Origin: Candidatus Electronema halotolerans
Lineage (GTDB): Bacteria; Desulfobacterota; Desulfobulbia; Desulfobulbales; Desulfobulbaceae
Length of the DNA: 32,000 nucleotides
Reading direction: 5' to 3'
NCBI GenBank assembly: GCA_942493095.1
Contig: OW818675.1
Location: 1,410,001 to 1,442,000, forward strand
Under the pieces are notes generated by a model. That model was not told the DNA's origin. It searched no databases and worked only from the letters and a program-made list of their open reading frames with translations. Both the position numbers and the translations under genes were made by a program. Shown here piece by piece: positions 24,483 through 32,000 of the stretch. Every line of letters starts with the position of its first letter. The stretch's first letter is position 1.

Positions 24483-24640
24483 TTGATGGCTCCAGCATTA
24501 TCGCAGGTATTAAACAACAAATCGATTTTCATACTGAATCGGTCGCCGAGCTGAAAGCGGCCAAAGCGTGAATCAATCGAGTTCCCGCGCCTTGGCCTAA
24601 CTTGCGCGGATATGAGGAAATTTTCAATCGAGAGAAAACT

Positions 24641-25861
24641 ATGAGCAATCATCGGCAGGGTACGGCCTTTCAAGTCAATAAAACATACGCGGAAATCAAT
24701 GCCCGGATCAAGGCGGGCGAGGCTGTGGTGGTCACAGCGGACGAGATGGTCGATATTGTCAAACAGGAAGGCCCGGTCGAGGCGGCCAAGCGGGTTGACG
24801 TGGTGACAACCGGCACCTTTTCGATCATGTGCTCGTCCGGCCTGTTCTTCAACTTCGGCCAGAGCAATCCCACCATCAAGGGCCAGAAAGTCTGGCTCAA
24901 CAAGGTGCCTGCTTATGCGGGCATTGCTGCTGTGGATGCCTACATCGGCGCAACCGAGCTGGCAGAGACGGATCCGCTCAATCAGGTTTATCCGGGCGAA
25001 TTCCGCTACGGCGGCGGCCACGTCATCCAAGACTTGGTTGCAGGCAAAAAGGTCTTTCTGGAAGTCAAAGCCTATCCGACCGACTGCTATGCCAACACCA
25101 AGTGGAAAAAAGATGTGACCTTGGCTGACCTGCCTCAGGCACTGCTCTGCAATCCCCGCAACGGCTATCAGAATTACAACTGCGCCGTCAATCTGTCCGA
25201 CCGCATCGTCTATACCTACATGGGCACGCTCAAGCCCAACTGCCGCAATGCCAACTATTGCAGCGCAGGTCAGCTCAGTCCGCTGCTCAACGACCCGCTC
25301 TACCGCACCATTGGCATTGGCACCCGCATTTTCCTTGGCGGCGGCACAGGCTACGTGACGTTCTGCGGCACCCAGCACAATCCGGCTGCGCCACGCGGCG
25401 ACAATGGCGTTCCCATCCGGCCCGCTGGCACCATGATGGTGCAGGGCGATCTCAAGCAGATGTCAGCAGACTGGCTGCGCGGAGTCAGCATTCAGGGCTA
25501 TGGCAGCTCGCTGGCGGTCGGCTTGGGCGTGCCGATTCCGATCCTCAACGAGGAGATGGCCCGCTTCACCGGGGTCTCGGACGAGGAGATTTTCACCCAT
25601 GTGGTCGATTACGGCCACGACTACACCAATGGCATTGCCCGCACCTACGGCAAGGTCAGCTATGCCCAGCTCCGCAGCGGTGAAATTGAGGTAGAAGGCA
25701 AGAAGGTGCCGACCGCGCCGCTCTCTTCGCTGGCAAAGGCCCGGCAGATCGCGGAAATCCTGAAAGAATGGATTCAGCAGGGCAAGTTTCATCTCGGCGA
25801 ACCGGTCGATTATTTCCCCACAGTGGATTTTTCCTTTGACAAGCCAGAGCCGCAGGAGTAA
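24641..25861 (+). CDS. Homocysteine biosynthesis protein (COG1900 / DUF39 family)
   Basis: The sequence has NKTYAEINARIKAGEAVVVTADEMVDIV...VDVVTTGTFSIMCSSGLFFNFG and ...IFLGGGTGYVTFCGTQHNP. This resembles DUF39 proteins implicated in aspartate-semialdehyde-dependent homocysteine synthesis. The in-frame ATG is at 24641. Confidence 0.75.
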   Translation: MSNHRQGTAFQVNKTYAEINARIKAGEAVVVTADEMVDIVKQEGPVEAAKRVDVVTTGTFSIMCSSGLFFNFGQSNPTIKGQKVWLNKVPAYAGIAAVDAYIGATELAETDPLNQVYPGEFRYGGGHVIQDLVAGKKVFLEVKAYPTDCYANTKWKKDVTLADLPQALLCNPRNGYQNYNCAVNLSDRIVYTYMGTLKPNCRNANYCSAGQLSPLLNDPLYRTIGIGTRIFLGGGTGYVTFCGTQHNPAAPRGDNGVPIRPAGTMMVQGDLKQMSADWLRGVSIQGYGSSLAVGLGVPIPILNEEMARFTGVSDEEIFTHVVDYGHDYTNGIARTYGKVSYAQLRSGEIEVEGKKVPTAPLSSLAKARQIAEILKEWIQQGKFHLGEPVDYFPTVDFSFDKPEPQE

Positions 25862-26657
25862 CTGTAGGGAGAAGACAGCCCGGCTTTGCCGCCTGCTGCG
25901 GGACTTCGGGCGGGTCGGCATTGCTTTTTCCGGCGGTGCTGACTCCTCCTTTCTCCTGCGTTCCGCCCTTGATGCGCTGGGCGCGGAAAACGTGCTGGCT
26001 CTGCATGGCCGTTCCTGTCTCCAGAAAAAGGAAGAACAGGAGCGGGTGGCAGCATGGCCGGAGCGGCATGGCTTTCCGGCGGTATGGCTGCGCCTTGTTG
26101 AACTGGAGCCGTTGCAGTGGCAGGAATTTGTCCGCAATCCGCCAGACCGCTGCTATTTTTGCAAACGGCATATATGCCAGCTTTTTCAGGCTCTCTTGGC
26201 TGAGGAAGGCATTGCCGTGCTTTTGGACGGCAGCAACGCGGATGATTTGCAGCAGGGCGAAACCAGCCGGCCCGGTCTGCGGGCAATTGCGGAACTCGGT
26301 GTCCGCAGTCCCTTGGCGGACTGCGGTTTCAGCAAGGCGGAAATTCGGGACTTGAGCCGCGAGCTGGGTTTGGAGACATGGAATCAGCCTGCTTCTTCCT
26401 GCCTTGCCACCAGAATTCCGCAGGGCATGGAAATCACTGTTGCCCGGCTGGAGCAGGTCGCGGCAATGGAGCAAGTGCTTGCTGAAGCTGGCTTTTCCGG
26501 CTGCCGGGCACGGCTCCTTGACGAGGCGGCGGTCTGCTTGCAGCTTCAACAGAACGACATGGAACAGTTTTGGCCCGGAGAAATCCGCAAGCCGCTCTGC
26601 TCCCAGCTGAAAAAACAGGGCGCAGAAAAAATTCTTCTTGACCTTGATGGCCGTTGA
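25836..26657 (+). CDS. PP-loop ATP pyrophosphatase, LarE-like / TIGR00268-type ATP-dependent sulfur transferase
   Basis: The sequence has VGIAFSGGADSSFLL (SGGxDS PP-loop), RCYFCKRH, VLLDGSNADD, and SPLADCGFSKAEIRDLSRELGL...PASSCLATR. The only in-frame start near the PP-loop is TTG 25836, which overlaps the upstream gene by 26 nt. The start is uncertain. Confidence 0.75.
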   Translation: MTSQSRRSNCREKTARLCRLLRDFGRVGIAFSGGADSSFLLRSALDALGAENVLALHGRSCLQKKEEQERVAAWPERHGFPAVWLRLVELEPLQWQEFVRNPPDRCYFCKRHICQLFQALLAEEGIAVLLDGSNADDLQQGETSRPGLRAIAELGVRSPLADCGFSKAEIRDLSRELGLETWNQPASSCLATRIPQGMEITVARLEQVAAMEQVLAEAGFSGCRARLLDEAAVCLQLQQNDMEQFWPGEIRKPLCSQLKKQGAEKILLDLDGR

Positions 26658-26778
26658 CAGATATTTTTTTATTCTGTTTAATGCCTCATATTGATGAGAC
26701 AGGCGTTTCTTGCGCTGTGAAGAGCAGATGCGTCAATCACCCTGGATGGGTAAACAAAAAAGAAGAGAGGAACAGCAG

Positions 26779-27054
26779 ATGAACAAAAAAGAATTAGTTG
26801 ATTCAATGGCCGAGGCAGCTGATATCAGCAGGGCCGCCGCAGAAAAGGCCCTCAACGCCCTGCTCATGAGCATCACCGAGGCTTTGGCTGAAGGTGATAA
26901 AGTGACGCTGGTTGGTTTTGGCACCTTTTCCGCCGTCAAGCGCGCCGCCCGCAAAACCAAAAATCCGCGCACTGGTGAGCCGCTTGATATTCCTGAAAAA
27001 ACCTTGGCCAAGTTCAAGGCTGGCAGCAAACTGGCTGAAGCGGTTAATCACTGA
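26779..27054 (+). CDS. hup: HU-family DNA-binding protein
   Basis: The sequence is MNKKELVDSMAEAADISRAAAEKALNALLMSITEALAEGDKVTLVGFGTFSAVKRAARKTKNPRTGEPLDIPEKTLAKFKAGSKL. A GAGAGGAA RBS lies upstream of ATG 26779. Confidence 0.9.
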   Translation: MNKKELVDSMAEAADISRAAAEKALNALLMSITEALAEGDKVTLVGFGTFSAVKRAARKTKNPRTGEPLDIPEKTLAKFKAGSKLAEAVNH

Positions 27055-27077
27055 AAGTCGGTTCTGTAAAATTTCTC

Positions 27078-27106
27078 TTGCCAAGACGGTTCAGGCAGAG
27101 TATATA
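27078..27106 (+). promoter_or_regulatory. Sigma70-like promoter TTGCCA-N17-TATATA for tRNA-Pro
   Basis: TTGCCA lies at 27078-27083, followed by a 17-nt spacer and TATATA at 27101-27106. A 9-bp leader hairpin, ATTCCTGTC paired with GACAGGAAT, follows before the tRNA 5' end. The call rests on sequence match only. Confidence 0.4.
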
Positions 27107-27143
27107 GGAATTCCTGTCAGCAGACAGGAATCTGTTGCAGTGT

Positions 27144-27220
27144 CGGGAAGTGGCTCAGTCTGGTAGAGCACAGCGTTCGGGACGCTGGGGCCGGAGGTTC
27201 GAATCCTCTCTTCCCGACCA
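27144..27220 (+). tRNA. tRNA-Pro (anticodon CGG), CCA encoded
   Basis: I folded the cloverleaf by hand.
- Acceptor stem: CGGGAAG pairs with CTTCCCG.
- D arm: GCTC-AGTCTGGTA-GAGC.
- Anticodon stem: CAGCG pairs with CGCTG, with loop TTCGGGA (C34 G35 G36, and G37 as expected for tRNA-Pro).
- T arm: GGAGG-TTCGAAT-CCTCT.
- Discriminator base A, then CCA.
Total length is 77 nt. Confidence 0.9.
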
Positions 27221-27235
27221 TCTTTTGAAGAAAAT

Positions 27236-27288
27236 ACAGGGCTTGTTGATATTATTCCAACAATATCAACAAGCCCTGTTTTATTTTC
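27236..27288 (+). terminator. Strong rho-independent terminator after tRNA-Pro
   Basis: An 18-bp perfect stem pairs ACAGGGCTTGTTGATATT (27236-27253) with AATATCAACAAGCCCTGT (27262-27279). TTTTATTTT follows. Confidence 0.8.
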
Positions 27289-27315
27289 GGCTGAGGAGGC
27301 GCTCGCCTCCGCTTT

Positions 27316-27351
27316 AAAAAAAATGTCCCGTTCAGGCTGGCTGAACGGGAC
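27316..27351 (-). terminator. Rho-independent terminator for the convergent carboxypeptidase gene
   Basis: An 11-bp stem pairs GTCCCGTTCAG (27325-27335) with CTGAACGGGAC (27341-27351). On the minus strand it is followed by T8 (plus-strand A8 at 27316-27323). It lies 56 nt downstream of the stop at 27407. Confidence 0.65.
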
Positions 27352-27406
27352 TTGTGGTCCGCAAAAGTCAAACAGAAAGTCTGAGCTGCTTCCCCTGCCG
27401 CCTTGT

Positions 27407-28447
27407 TTATGAATCGCTGTTCCGCCGGGCAACTTGCGCCAGCCTGATCTGCTCTTTTTTCTCAAAGCCATACTCAACTAACTGCTTGATGTCCCGCCAC
27501 ATGGTCTCGCTGCCCATGATCGCCACGACAATGGCATCATTGCCGCGCTTGAACTGGCCCACATAGGTCTGGCGGGCAAGGCTGGTGTAGCCGGTTTTGC
27601 CGCCCACAGCTCCTTCCATCTGCCAGAGGGCCTTGTTATGATTGCGCAGCAGCTTGCCATAGGAAGTCCTGACTTTGGTCTGGCGCATTCGTTCGGCAAA
27701 CTCCCTGTCCTGCATGGCGTGGCGGAATATCTCGGCCAGATCGCGGGCTGTGGAGTGCTGTCCCCGTGCGGTCAGGCCGGAGGCAGTGCGGCAGACCGTG
27801 TTTTCCGCCCCCAGCAGCCGGGCATGAAGGGTCATCAGGCTGGCAAAATCCTCTTCGCTGCCTGCGATTTTTTCCGCCAAGGCCACGCTGGCATCATTGG
27901 CTGAGGCGAGCAGGACAGCATTGATCAGGTCATCCACCTTATACTGCTTCCCGGAATTCAGATAGACCTTGGACCGGGGCATGGTCGCGGCATGAGAGCT
28001 GACTTGCACCTTCTCGTTTTCTTTCAGACGTTTGAGAGCGATCATGCCGGTCAGCACCTTGATGGTCGAGGCAGGCTGCCTAGGCTTGTCCGGTGCTTTG
28101 GCGAAGAGAGGCTCGCCAGTGCGGGCATCGATAATCATCACGCTTTTCGAGGTGATCCGCCTGCTGATGTTATCAGGCACAGCAAGAAAGCGGCTTGCAG
28201 CAGAGACCTTTTCTTTGACTTTGGCAAGGCTCTTTCTGCTGCCAAGGACAGCCACGCCACTTTTTTTCCTGCTTCGCGTGGCCCGCTGCCGGGTGACAGC
28301 TACCGGTTTGCGCTTCCATTGCCGTTTCTGGGCAGCAACCGCTCTTTTGGCACCGCTGTTCAAAACCGGAACAGGAGCCGCCTGAAGCTGGGTGATGAAA
28401 AAGCAGGCCGCCAACAACTGGATGAAGAAAAAAGAGTGCCGATTCAT
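27407..28447 (-). CDS. dacA: D-alanyl-D-alanine carboxypeptidase (peptidase S11, low-MW PBP)
   Basis: There is a signal peptide MNRHSFFFIQLLAACFFITQLQA. The motifs are SxxK as PASTIKVLT, SxN as LLASANDAS and KTG as GGKTGYT. The gene symbol is generic only. Confidence 0.8.
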   Translation of the reverse strand: MNRHSFFFIQLLAACFFITQLQAAPVPVLNSGAKRAVAAQKRQWKRKPVAVTRQRATRSRKKSGVAVLGSRKSLAKVKEKVSAASRFLAVPDNISRRITSKSVMIIDARTGEPLFAKAPDKPRQPASTIKVLTGMIALKRLKENEKVQVSSHAATMPRSKVYLNSGKQYKVDDLINAVLLASANDASVALAEKIAGSEEDFASLMTLHARLLGAENTVCRTASGLTARGQHSTARDLAEIFRHAMQDREFAERMRQTKVRTSYGKLLRNHNKALWQMEGAVGGKTGYTSLARQTYVGQFKRGNDAIVVAIMGSETMWRDIKQLVEYGFEKKEQIRLAQVARRNSDS

Positions 28448-28495
28448 CTTGCTTGGTATTGTTTTAGACAGGAAAGGGAAAATATGCTCTTCTCT

Positions 28496-28525
28496 TGTAA
28501 TATCGACTCGGCAGCCTTGCTGTCA
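28496..28525 (-). promoter_or_regulatory. Sigma70-like promoter (TTGACA-N18-TATTAC) upstream of the carboxypeptidase gene
   Basis: The minus strand reads TTGACA (28525-28520), an 18-nt spacer and TATTAC (28501-28496). The alternative reading is N17 with ATATTA. The call rests on sequence match only. Confidence 0.4.
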
Positions 28526-28552
28526 AGTTTTTTTGCCTAATAAGAAAAATTA

Positions 28553-30193
28553 TTATTCCTGCTGCGGACGCTGCCGCAGGACCGCAGGCCGGAGGAGCAG
28601 GGTGAAATCTGCCTGATGTTCCGTCAAACTGCCATAGCTGACAGACAGGTCAACGCTCTCCATCAGCTTGAGCAGCGCTGTCCGCAATTTTTCTCTGGAG
28701 CTGCCCAGCGCGGCATTCAGCCAGACATCCGCTTTCTCCGCCTCAGCAGCCAGCAGGGCCGGTCGAGCAAAAAAGGCGGCATAATCAGCCTGAGAAAACT
28801 GGGCTGCCAATTCCTGGCCCAGCAGACTGCGCACAGCCTGCGGCAAATCCGCCTGCCGCTCCTGCTCAAGCAGCATCCTCATGGCAGACTCGCCGTTGGC
28901 AATATACAGCATCTGACTGCTCAGGGCAACTGCTGGATGAGCGGCTTCAGCAGGCAGCAGATTCCAATAATAGACAGCATGGCCTGCCGCCTCTGTGACC
29001 TGCTCCGCAGCAATGCCTTGGGCCGTGATGCGCTGACGCAGCCTGTTGACAAGCTGTTGGGCCGCCTCCGGCTGCGCTGCTTGGGCGAACAAGGCCAGCT
29101 TGGGCAGCGGAAAGAAACCAGTCGTGGCAACGCCATTGACCATCAGCCCGGCCTGCGGTCCAACAGCAGTCATAATCTCTTGCAGCGGCAGGCCAAGCTG
29201 CTGCTGCGCCGCCTGATCCGCTCTTTGGTGCAACGCCGGAGCAAGGCTGGCAAACAGCTGCTGATTCAGTCCGGCGGTCCACAGATAGAACAAAGTCTTG
29301 CCTGTCGGCAGAGACAGGGAAAGATTGCGCGCTGACCGTAGCTGATGCCGCACTGTTACCGGCAGGTTGGCGGCATCATATTCCACTTTGCTGTGGAATT
29401 GAAAATCACCCTGATGCGCTGCGGCAAAACCGCTCAAGCTGCGCAGACCGCGCAGCATTTTCAGATTGCAGGAAAATCTGGCATAGCAGTGATCCGTCCC
29501 GGCTTCCGCCCAGAATTGCTGTGCTGCCCGAAACCACGGCTGTTCTGTCAAGCCGCTGCCGTGCTCTTTCTGTCTGAGAGCCGCCGCAATCAGTTCCGGG
29601 CGGAAAGCGAGAATGATCACCCCGTCTTGGACATGCGCGTAGAGCGGCTCGTCATCATCAAGACGGATGCGGGTCAGCTTCAGGCCGTTCACAGTCTCTT
29701 GGCTGAAATCATCGCGCATGGTCAGCCGGGCAATGCTGTCAACAATCCGGCCTGAAGCAGAGGTGCCAAAACCCAGCAGTCGGCTGCGCAGCTCCTCTTC
29801 CGGGTTCCTGCGCCGAGCGGCAAAATCAGGCTTGAGCAGGGCAAAGGTCAGATCATCGCCGAAAAGATGCTGCAAAAAAGGATTGGTCAGCAGATCGGCA
29901 GCCCCGTCATGGAAATCCTCATATTGCTGCACCGCTTCTTCAGTCTCGCCCTGTTCCCTCATGATGCCGCGCAGGGCAGCTTTGGAAAAAAACCGGCCCA
30001 AGGCTGAGTTGGGAAAAGACTGAGAAAGTCCTTTGAGATCAAAGAAGCTGACAACAGCGAGCGTGTCAGCAGGCAGATAGTCGGCATAGTATGCGCTTTG
30101 GGAGGATGGCGCAGAAAAATGTCGGTCTGTGTAATAAAAAATCGTGCCAGCAGCACTGGTCAGCAGAACAAACAACAGGCCGATCTTTTTCAT
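28553..30193 (-). CDS. Hypothetical N-terminally membrane-anchored protein (546 aa; possibly DUF3352-like)
   Basis: This is the longest ORF in the region. It has an N-terminal anchor MKKIGLLFVLLTSAAGTIFYY and a soluble remainder rich in Ala, Leu and Gln. The plus-strand ORFs here are antisense shadows. The family guess is from memory only. Confidence 0.65.
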   Translation of the reverse strand: MKKIGLLFVLLTSAAGTIFYYTDRHFSAPSSQSAYYADYLPADTLAVVSFFDLKGLSQSFPNSALGRFFSKAALRGIMREQGETEEAVQQYEDFHDGAADLLTNPFLQHLFGDDLTFALLKPDFAARRRNPEEELRSRLLGFGTSASGRIVDSIARLTMRDDFSQETVNGLKLTRIRLDDDEPLYAHVQDGVIILAFRPELIAAALRQKEHGSGLTEQPWFRAAQQFWAEAGTDHCYARFSCNLKMLRGLRSLSGFAAAHQGDFQFHSKVEYDAANLPVTVRHQLRSARNLSLSLPTGKTLFYLWTAGLNQQLFASLAPALHQRADQAAQQQLGLPLQEIMTAVGPQAGLMVNGVATTGFFPLPKLALFAQAAQPEAAQQLVNRLRQRITAQGIAAEQVTEAAGHAVYYWNLLPAEAAHPAVALSSQMLYIANGESAMRMLLEQERQADLPQAVRSLLGQELAAQFSQADYAAFFARPALLAAEAEKADVWLNAALGSSREKLRTALLKLMESVDLSVSYGSLTEHQADFTLLLRPAVLRQRPQQE

Positions 30194-30241
30194 CTTGCAT
30201 CTCCAAGCGGCAGGGGAACAGCGCGGACGGGAAACAGAGGG

Positions 30242-30269
30242 ATTGTACCTGAACGCGGGGGAAAGTCAA
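30242..30269 (-). promoter_or_regulatory. Sigma70-like promoter (TTGACT-N16-TACAAT) upstream of the 546-aa gene
   Basis: The minus strand reads TTGACT (30269-30264), a 16-nt spacer and TACAAT (30247-30242). The -10 element lies about 49 nt upstream of ATG 30193. Confidence 0.35.
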
Positions 30270-30384
30270 CGCTGCGGCGAGGAATGCGGGGAAACACCGG
30301 GCGGCCACAGGGAACCTCGAAAAATTGGCGTGTTGGGCAAGAGCAGTATTTTTCGAGGCACCCGTCAGAGACAAGAAACACCTC

Positions 30385-31647
30385 TTATTCGTCACATTGC
30401 TCGGACTTGATGTAGTAGTCAAAGGTTAAGGTCTTGCTGACCTTTTTCCAGCACTCGCCGCCGCTTTTGCCGCCCTTGCCAACAGGCAATGTTTTCTTGA
30501 AAATCGGATAAACTTTGTCATTCACGCCGTCCTTGGGAATGGCAAAGCCCTCGATTGCCGCAGGCGGAAAGAGCCGATAGATCAGAGCCACCTCCACTTC
30601 TGTGATGGCCGGGTCGGCGAGCGGATAGGTCAGCGAGCGGGTTTCACCAGCTTTGAGCCGGGTGTCAAAGGCAACTGTCTCTGCCGCCCACGTGGGCACA
30701 CCGCTCTGTTCGCCAGCCTTGAAGGCTTTGAAAAACAGGGCCTTTTTATCCTCCAGCGGACTGTCCTTGAAATTCGTCCAGAGCACCTTGCCTGCTTTGT
30801 CCTTGGCAGTCACTTTGACAAAGGCCATCCGCATCGGATTGGTTGAAGGAAAGCTGTGCTCAATGATATTCTTGACCGTGATGGCAACCGCCTGCTGCTT
30901 GCCCTCAGCCTGAATCTTCGCCTCCACGCTGACCGCCTTTTTCAGCATTTCCAGATCATGTCCGCCTGTCATCCGGTGCGACAAATGGGTGTCCCGTGAG
31001 GCAAAGAGCAGCACTGCGCCGCCCGGCACCGCCGGCATGTGGCAGGTGATGCAGTTGCTCTGTCCTTCCTCGCTCATGGCGCAGACCGCTACATTTTTTC
31101 CGTTGAACAAATGACTGTGGCAGCCCATGCAGACTTGGCCGTCACCAAAAAGCGACGACTGGGCTGTCTTGTGCAGAGCTTCTGGATTGGCCGGGCGGCT
31201 GGTGTGAAAGGCACCGTCCTGGTTGAGCCGATAGCGGCTGAACGGTTTCTGCTCAACAACCGCTTCAATCCGATGGCAGAAGGTGCAGCCAACGCCTTCG
31301 GCCTGGGTCCAGTTGCTGCTGTCCGGCTCGGCCTGACCTGCCATCAGCTCGGCCAAGTTGTCAGACATGGGCGCATGACAGCTGCCGCAGTGGTAATTGC
31401 CCTGTTTTCCCTGCGCCTTCATGGCCTTGACAAAAGCCTGATGCACGGCCTTGTGGGCTGAATCCTTATGCACTGAGGAAAGGGCATGGAAGGATTCCTG
31501 CCATTCCTGATAGATCGTGGCATGGCAGCCAGCGCACTGATTGGACTGTTCCAGCGGCACGGCTTTTTCCGGCAGCTCATGGGCCTGCGCTTGGGGCAGC
31601 CAGCAGCAGGACAACAGGACTGCTGAAAAGATCAAACGGCATTTCAT
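30385..31647 (-). CDS. Pentaheme c-type cytochrome (cytochrome c554-like N-terminal part + non-heme C-terminal domain), secreted
   Basis: There is a signal peptide MKCRLIFSAVLLSCCWLPQAQA. Five CxxCH motifs are present: CAGCH, CGSCH, CTFCH, CMGCH and CITCH. An AGGAGA RBS lies 7 nt upstream. Confidence 0.85.
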   Translation of the reverse strand: MKCRLIFSAVLLSCCWLPQAQAHELPEKAVPLEQSNQCAGCHATIYQEWQESFHALSSVHKDSAHKAVHQAFVKAMKAQGKQGNYHCGSCHAPMSDNLAELMAGQAEPDSSNWTQAEGVGCTFCHRIEAVVEQKPFSRYRLNQDGAFHTSRPANPEALHKTAQSSLFGDGQVCMGCHSHLFNGKNVAVCAMSEEGQSNCITCHMPAVPGGAVLLFASRDTHLSHRMTGGHDLEMLKKAVSVEAKIQAEGKQQAVAITVKNIIEHSFPSTNPMRMAFVKVTAKDKAGKVLWTNFKDSPLEDKKALFFKAFKAGEQSGVPTWAAETVAFDTRLKAGETRSLTYPLADPAITEVEVALIYRLFPPAAIEGFAIPKDGVNDKVYPIFKKTLPVGKGGKSGGECWKKVSKTLTFDYYIKSEQCDE

Positions 31648-31718
31648 GCTGCATTCTCCTGTAACAAGTAAACACGTGGATTCAAGCTGAATCCAATTCG
31701 CAAATTATCCAGCCCGCA

Positions 31719-32000
31719 TCACTGGCCGGAGAGCTGTCGCTGCAGGCTGTGATAACGGTCCTTGGTGTAGTCGAGCATTTCCTTGGCACGTTGCAGCTTC
31801 TGACGCTCTCCCGGCACCACCAAGGTGTTAAGCGGTCCAATCTCTAAATCTCTGGCTTGCAGAATACGGTCGCGAAGGAAGCCAGCTTCATCGCCATCTT
31901 TCCAGCAGAGGAAGGACAGGTAGTCGCGCATGCGCTGACGCACCGCCTTCTTCGTTTCTGGGAAGCTGAACAGTTTATCAAATAGCGGGCGTGGCGCTTC
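31719..32000 (-). CDS. 3' end of an unidentified protein-coding gene (continues beyond the right edge)
   Basis: The track ORF 31719-31943 starts at an internal GTG. By hand translation the frame stays open to position 32000 (EAPRPLFDKLFSFPETKKAVRQRMRDYLSFLCWKDGDEAGF...). I do not recognise the family. Confidence 0.5.
   Translation of the reverse strand, partial: EAPRPLFDKLFSFPETKKAVRQRMRDYLSFLCWKDGDEAGFLRDRILQARDLEIGPLNTLVVPGERQKLQRAKEMLDYTKDRYHSLQRQLSGQ

Noticed and set aside
24479-24574. 31-codon ORF (MIDGSSIIAGIKQQIDFHTESVAELKAAKA) whose ATG overlaps the NTase stop (ATGA), with higher GC than the island
   Set aside because: It is too short and featureless to call. It could be a relic C-terminus of a gene displaced by the island insertion, or a chance ORF. 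It is worth a tblastn or ribosome-profiling check but is not reportable as a gene.
24467-26549. Minus-strand ORFs 24467-25378 (303 aa), 25463-26137, 25656-26549 and 25810-26286
   Set aside because: They are antisense to the DUF39 and LarE-like genes, which have clear family motifs. Their Ala/Gly/Arg-rich shadow composition supports rejection.
30315-30358. Perfect 11-bp inverted repeat CCTCGAAAAAT ... ATTTTTCGAGG with a 22-nt loop, downstream of the cytochrome gene stop
   Set aside because: I considered it as the cytochrome terminator. On the minus strand the hairpin is followed by TTCCCTG rather than a U-run, and the loop is long. It may be a weak terminator or a protein-binding palindrome, but the evidence is insufficient.
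28616-30415. Plus-strand ORFs 28616-29335, 29345-29755, 29667-30023, 30098-30415 and others
   Set aside because: They overlap the 546-aa minus-strand ORF, which is longer and has a sensible N-terminal membrane anchor, promoter and RBS context. The plus-strand translations are Arg/Gln/Leu-rich shadows.
1-32000. Search by eye for CRISPR arrays, rRNA, tandem repeats, integrases and prophage genes
   Set aside because: None was found. The only repeats seen are the NRPS inter-module homologies and the IS630 terminal inverted repeats. A computational repeat and Rfam scan would be needed to be definitive.

Overview
This window looks like a chromosomal segment of a mid-GC bacterium. A Desulfobacterota-like anaerobe is a weak guess, based on a DUF39-type homocysteine gene, a pentaheme cytochrome and overall gene content. 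No database search was run, and all calls come from reading the ORF translations and the DNA.

Left third (1-8.9 kb, minus strand): an NRPS operon. It holds a 2,460-2,495 aa protein with architecture C-A-T-sulfotransferase-C-A-T. Both A domains read the Thr code DFWNIGMVHK. This gene is translationally coupled (GTGA overlap) to a second NRPS gene that opens with a TubC-like docking domain and runs off the left edge.

Middle (9-24.5 kb, plus strand): housekeeping genes (metG, rsfS, gpmI and a TAXI-type binding protein) are interleaved with visibly AT-rich accessory cassettes:
- a membrane zinc-ribbon protein followed by a ParA-like ATPase and an Rx4H HEPN protein
- an ABC-type ATPase with a Toprim-like (DUF3226-type) partner, resembling a split OLD/PARIS/AbiL module
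- a C_GCAxxG_C_C protein, a dual-OB-like protein and two DUF488 paralogs
- a pentapeptide-repeat 2TM pore protein coupled to a Pol-beta nucleotidyltransferase, with the pore gene cleanly split by a 1,044-bp IS630-family element (TA duplication)

Right third: a DUF39 homocysteine-synthesis gene, a LarE-like PP-loop ATPase, HU, tRNA-Pro(CGG) with strong terminators, a D-Ala-D-Ala carboxypeptidase, a membrane-anchored hypothetical protein, a pentaheme cytochrome c and a partial ORF.

The four AT-rich cassettes and the in-line NRPS sulfotransferase are the most interesting items. No CRISPR array or rRNA was seen.
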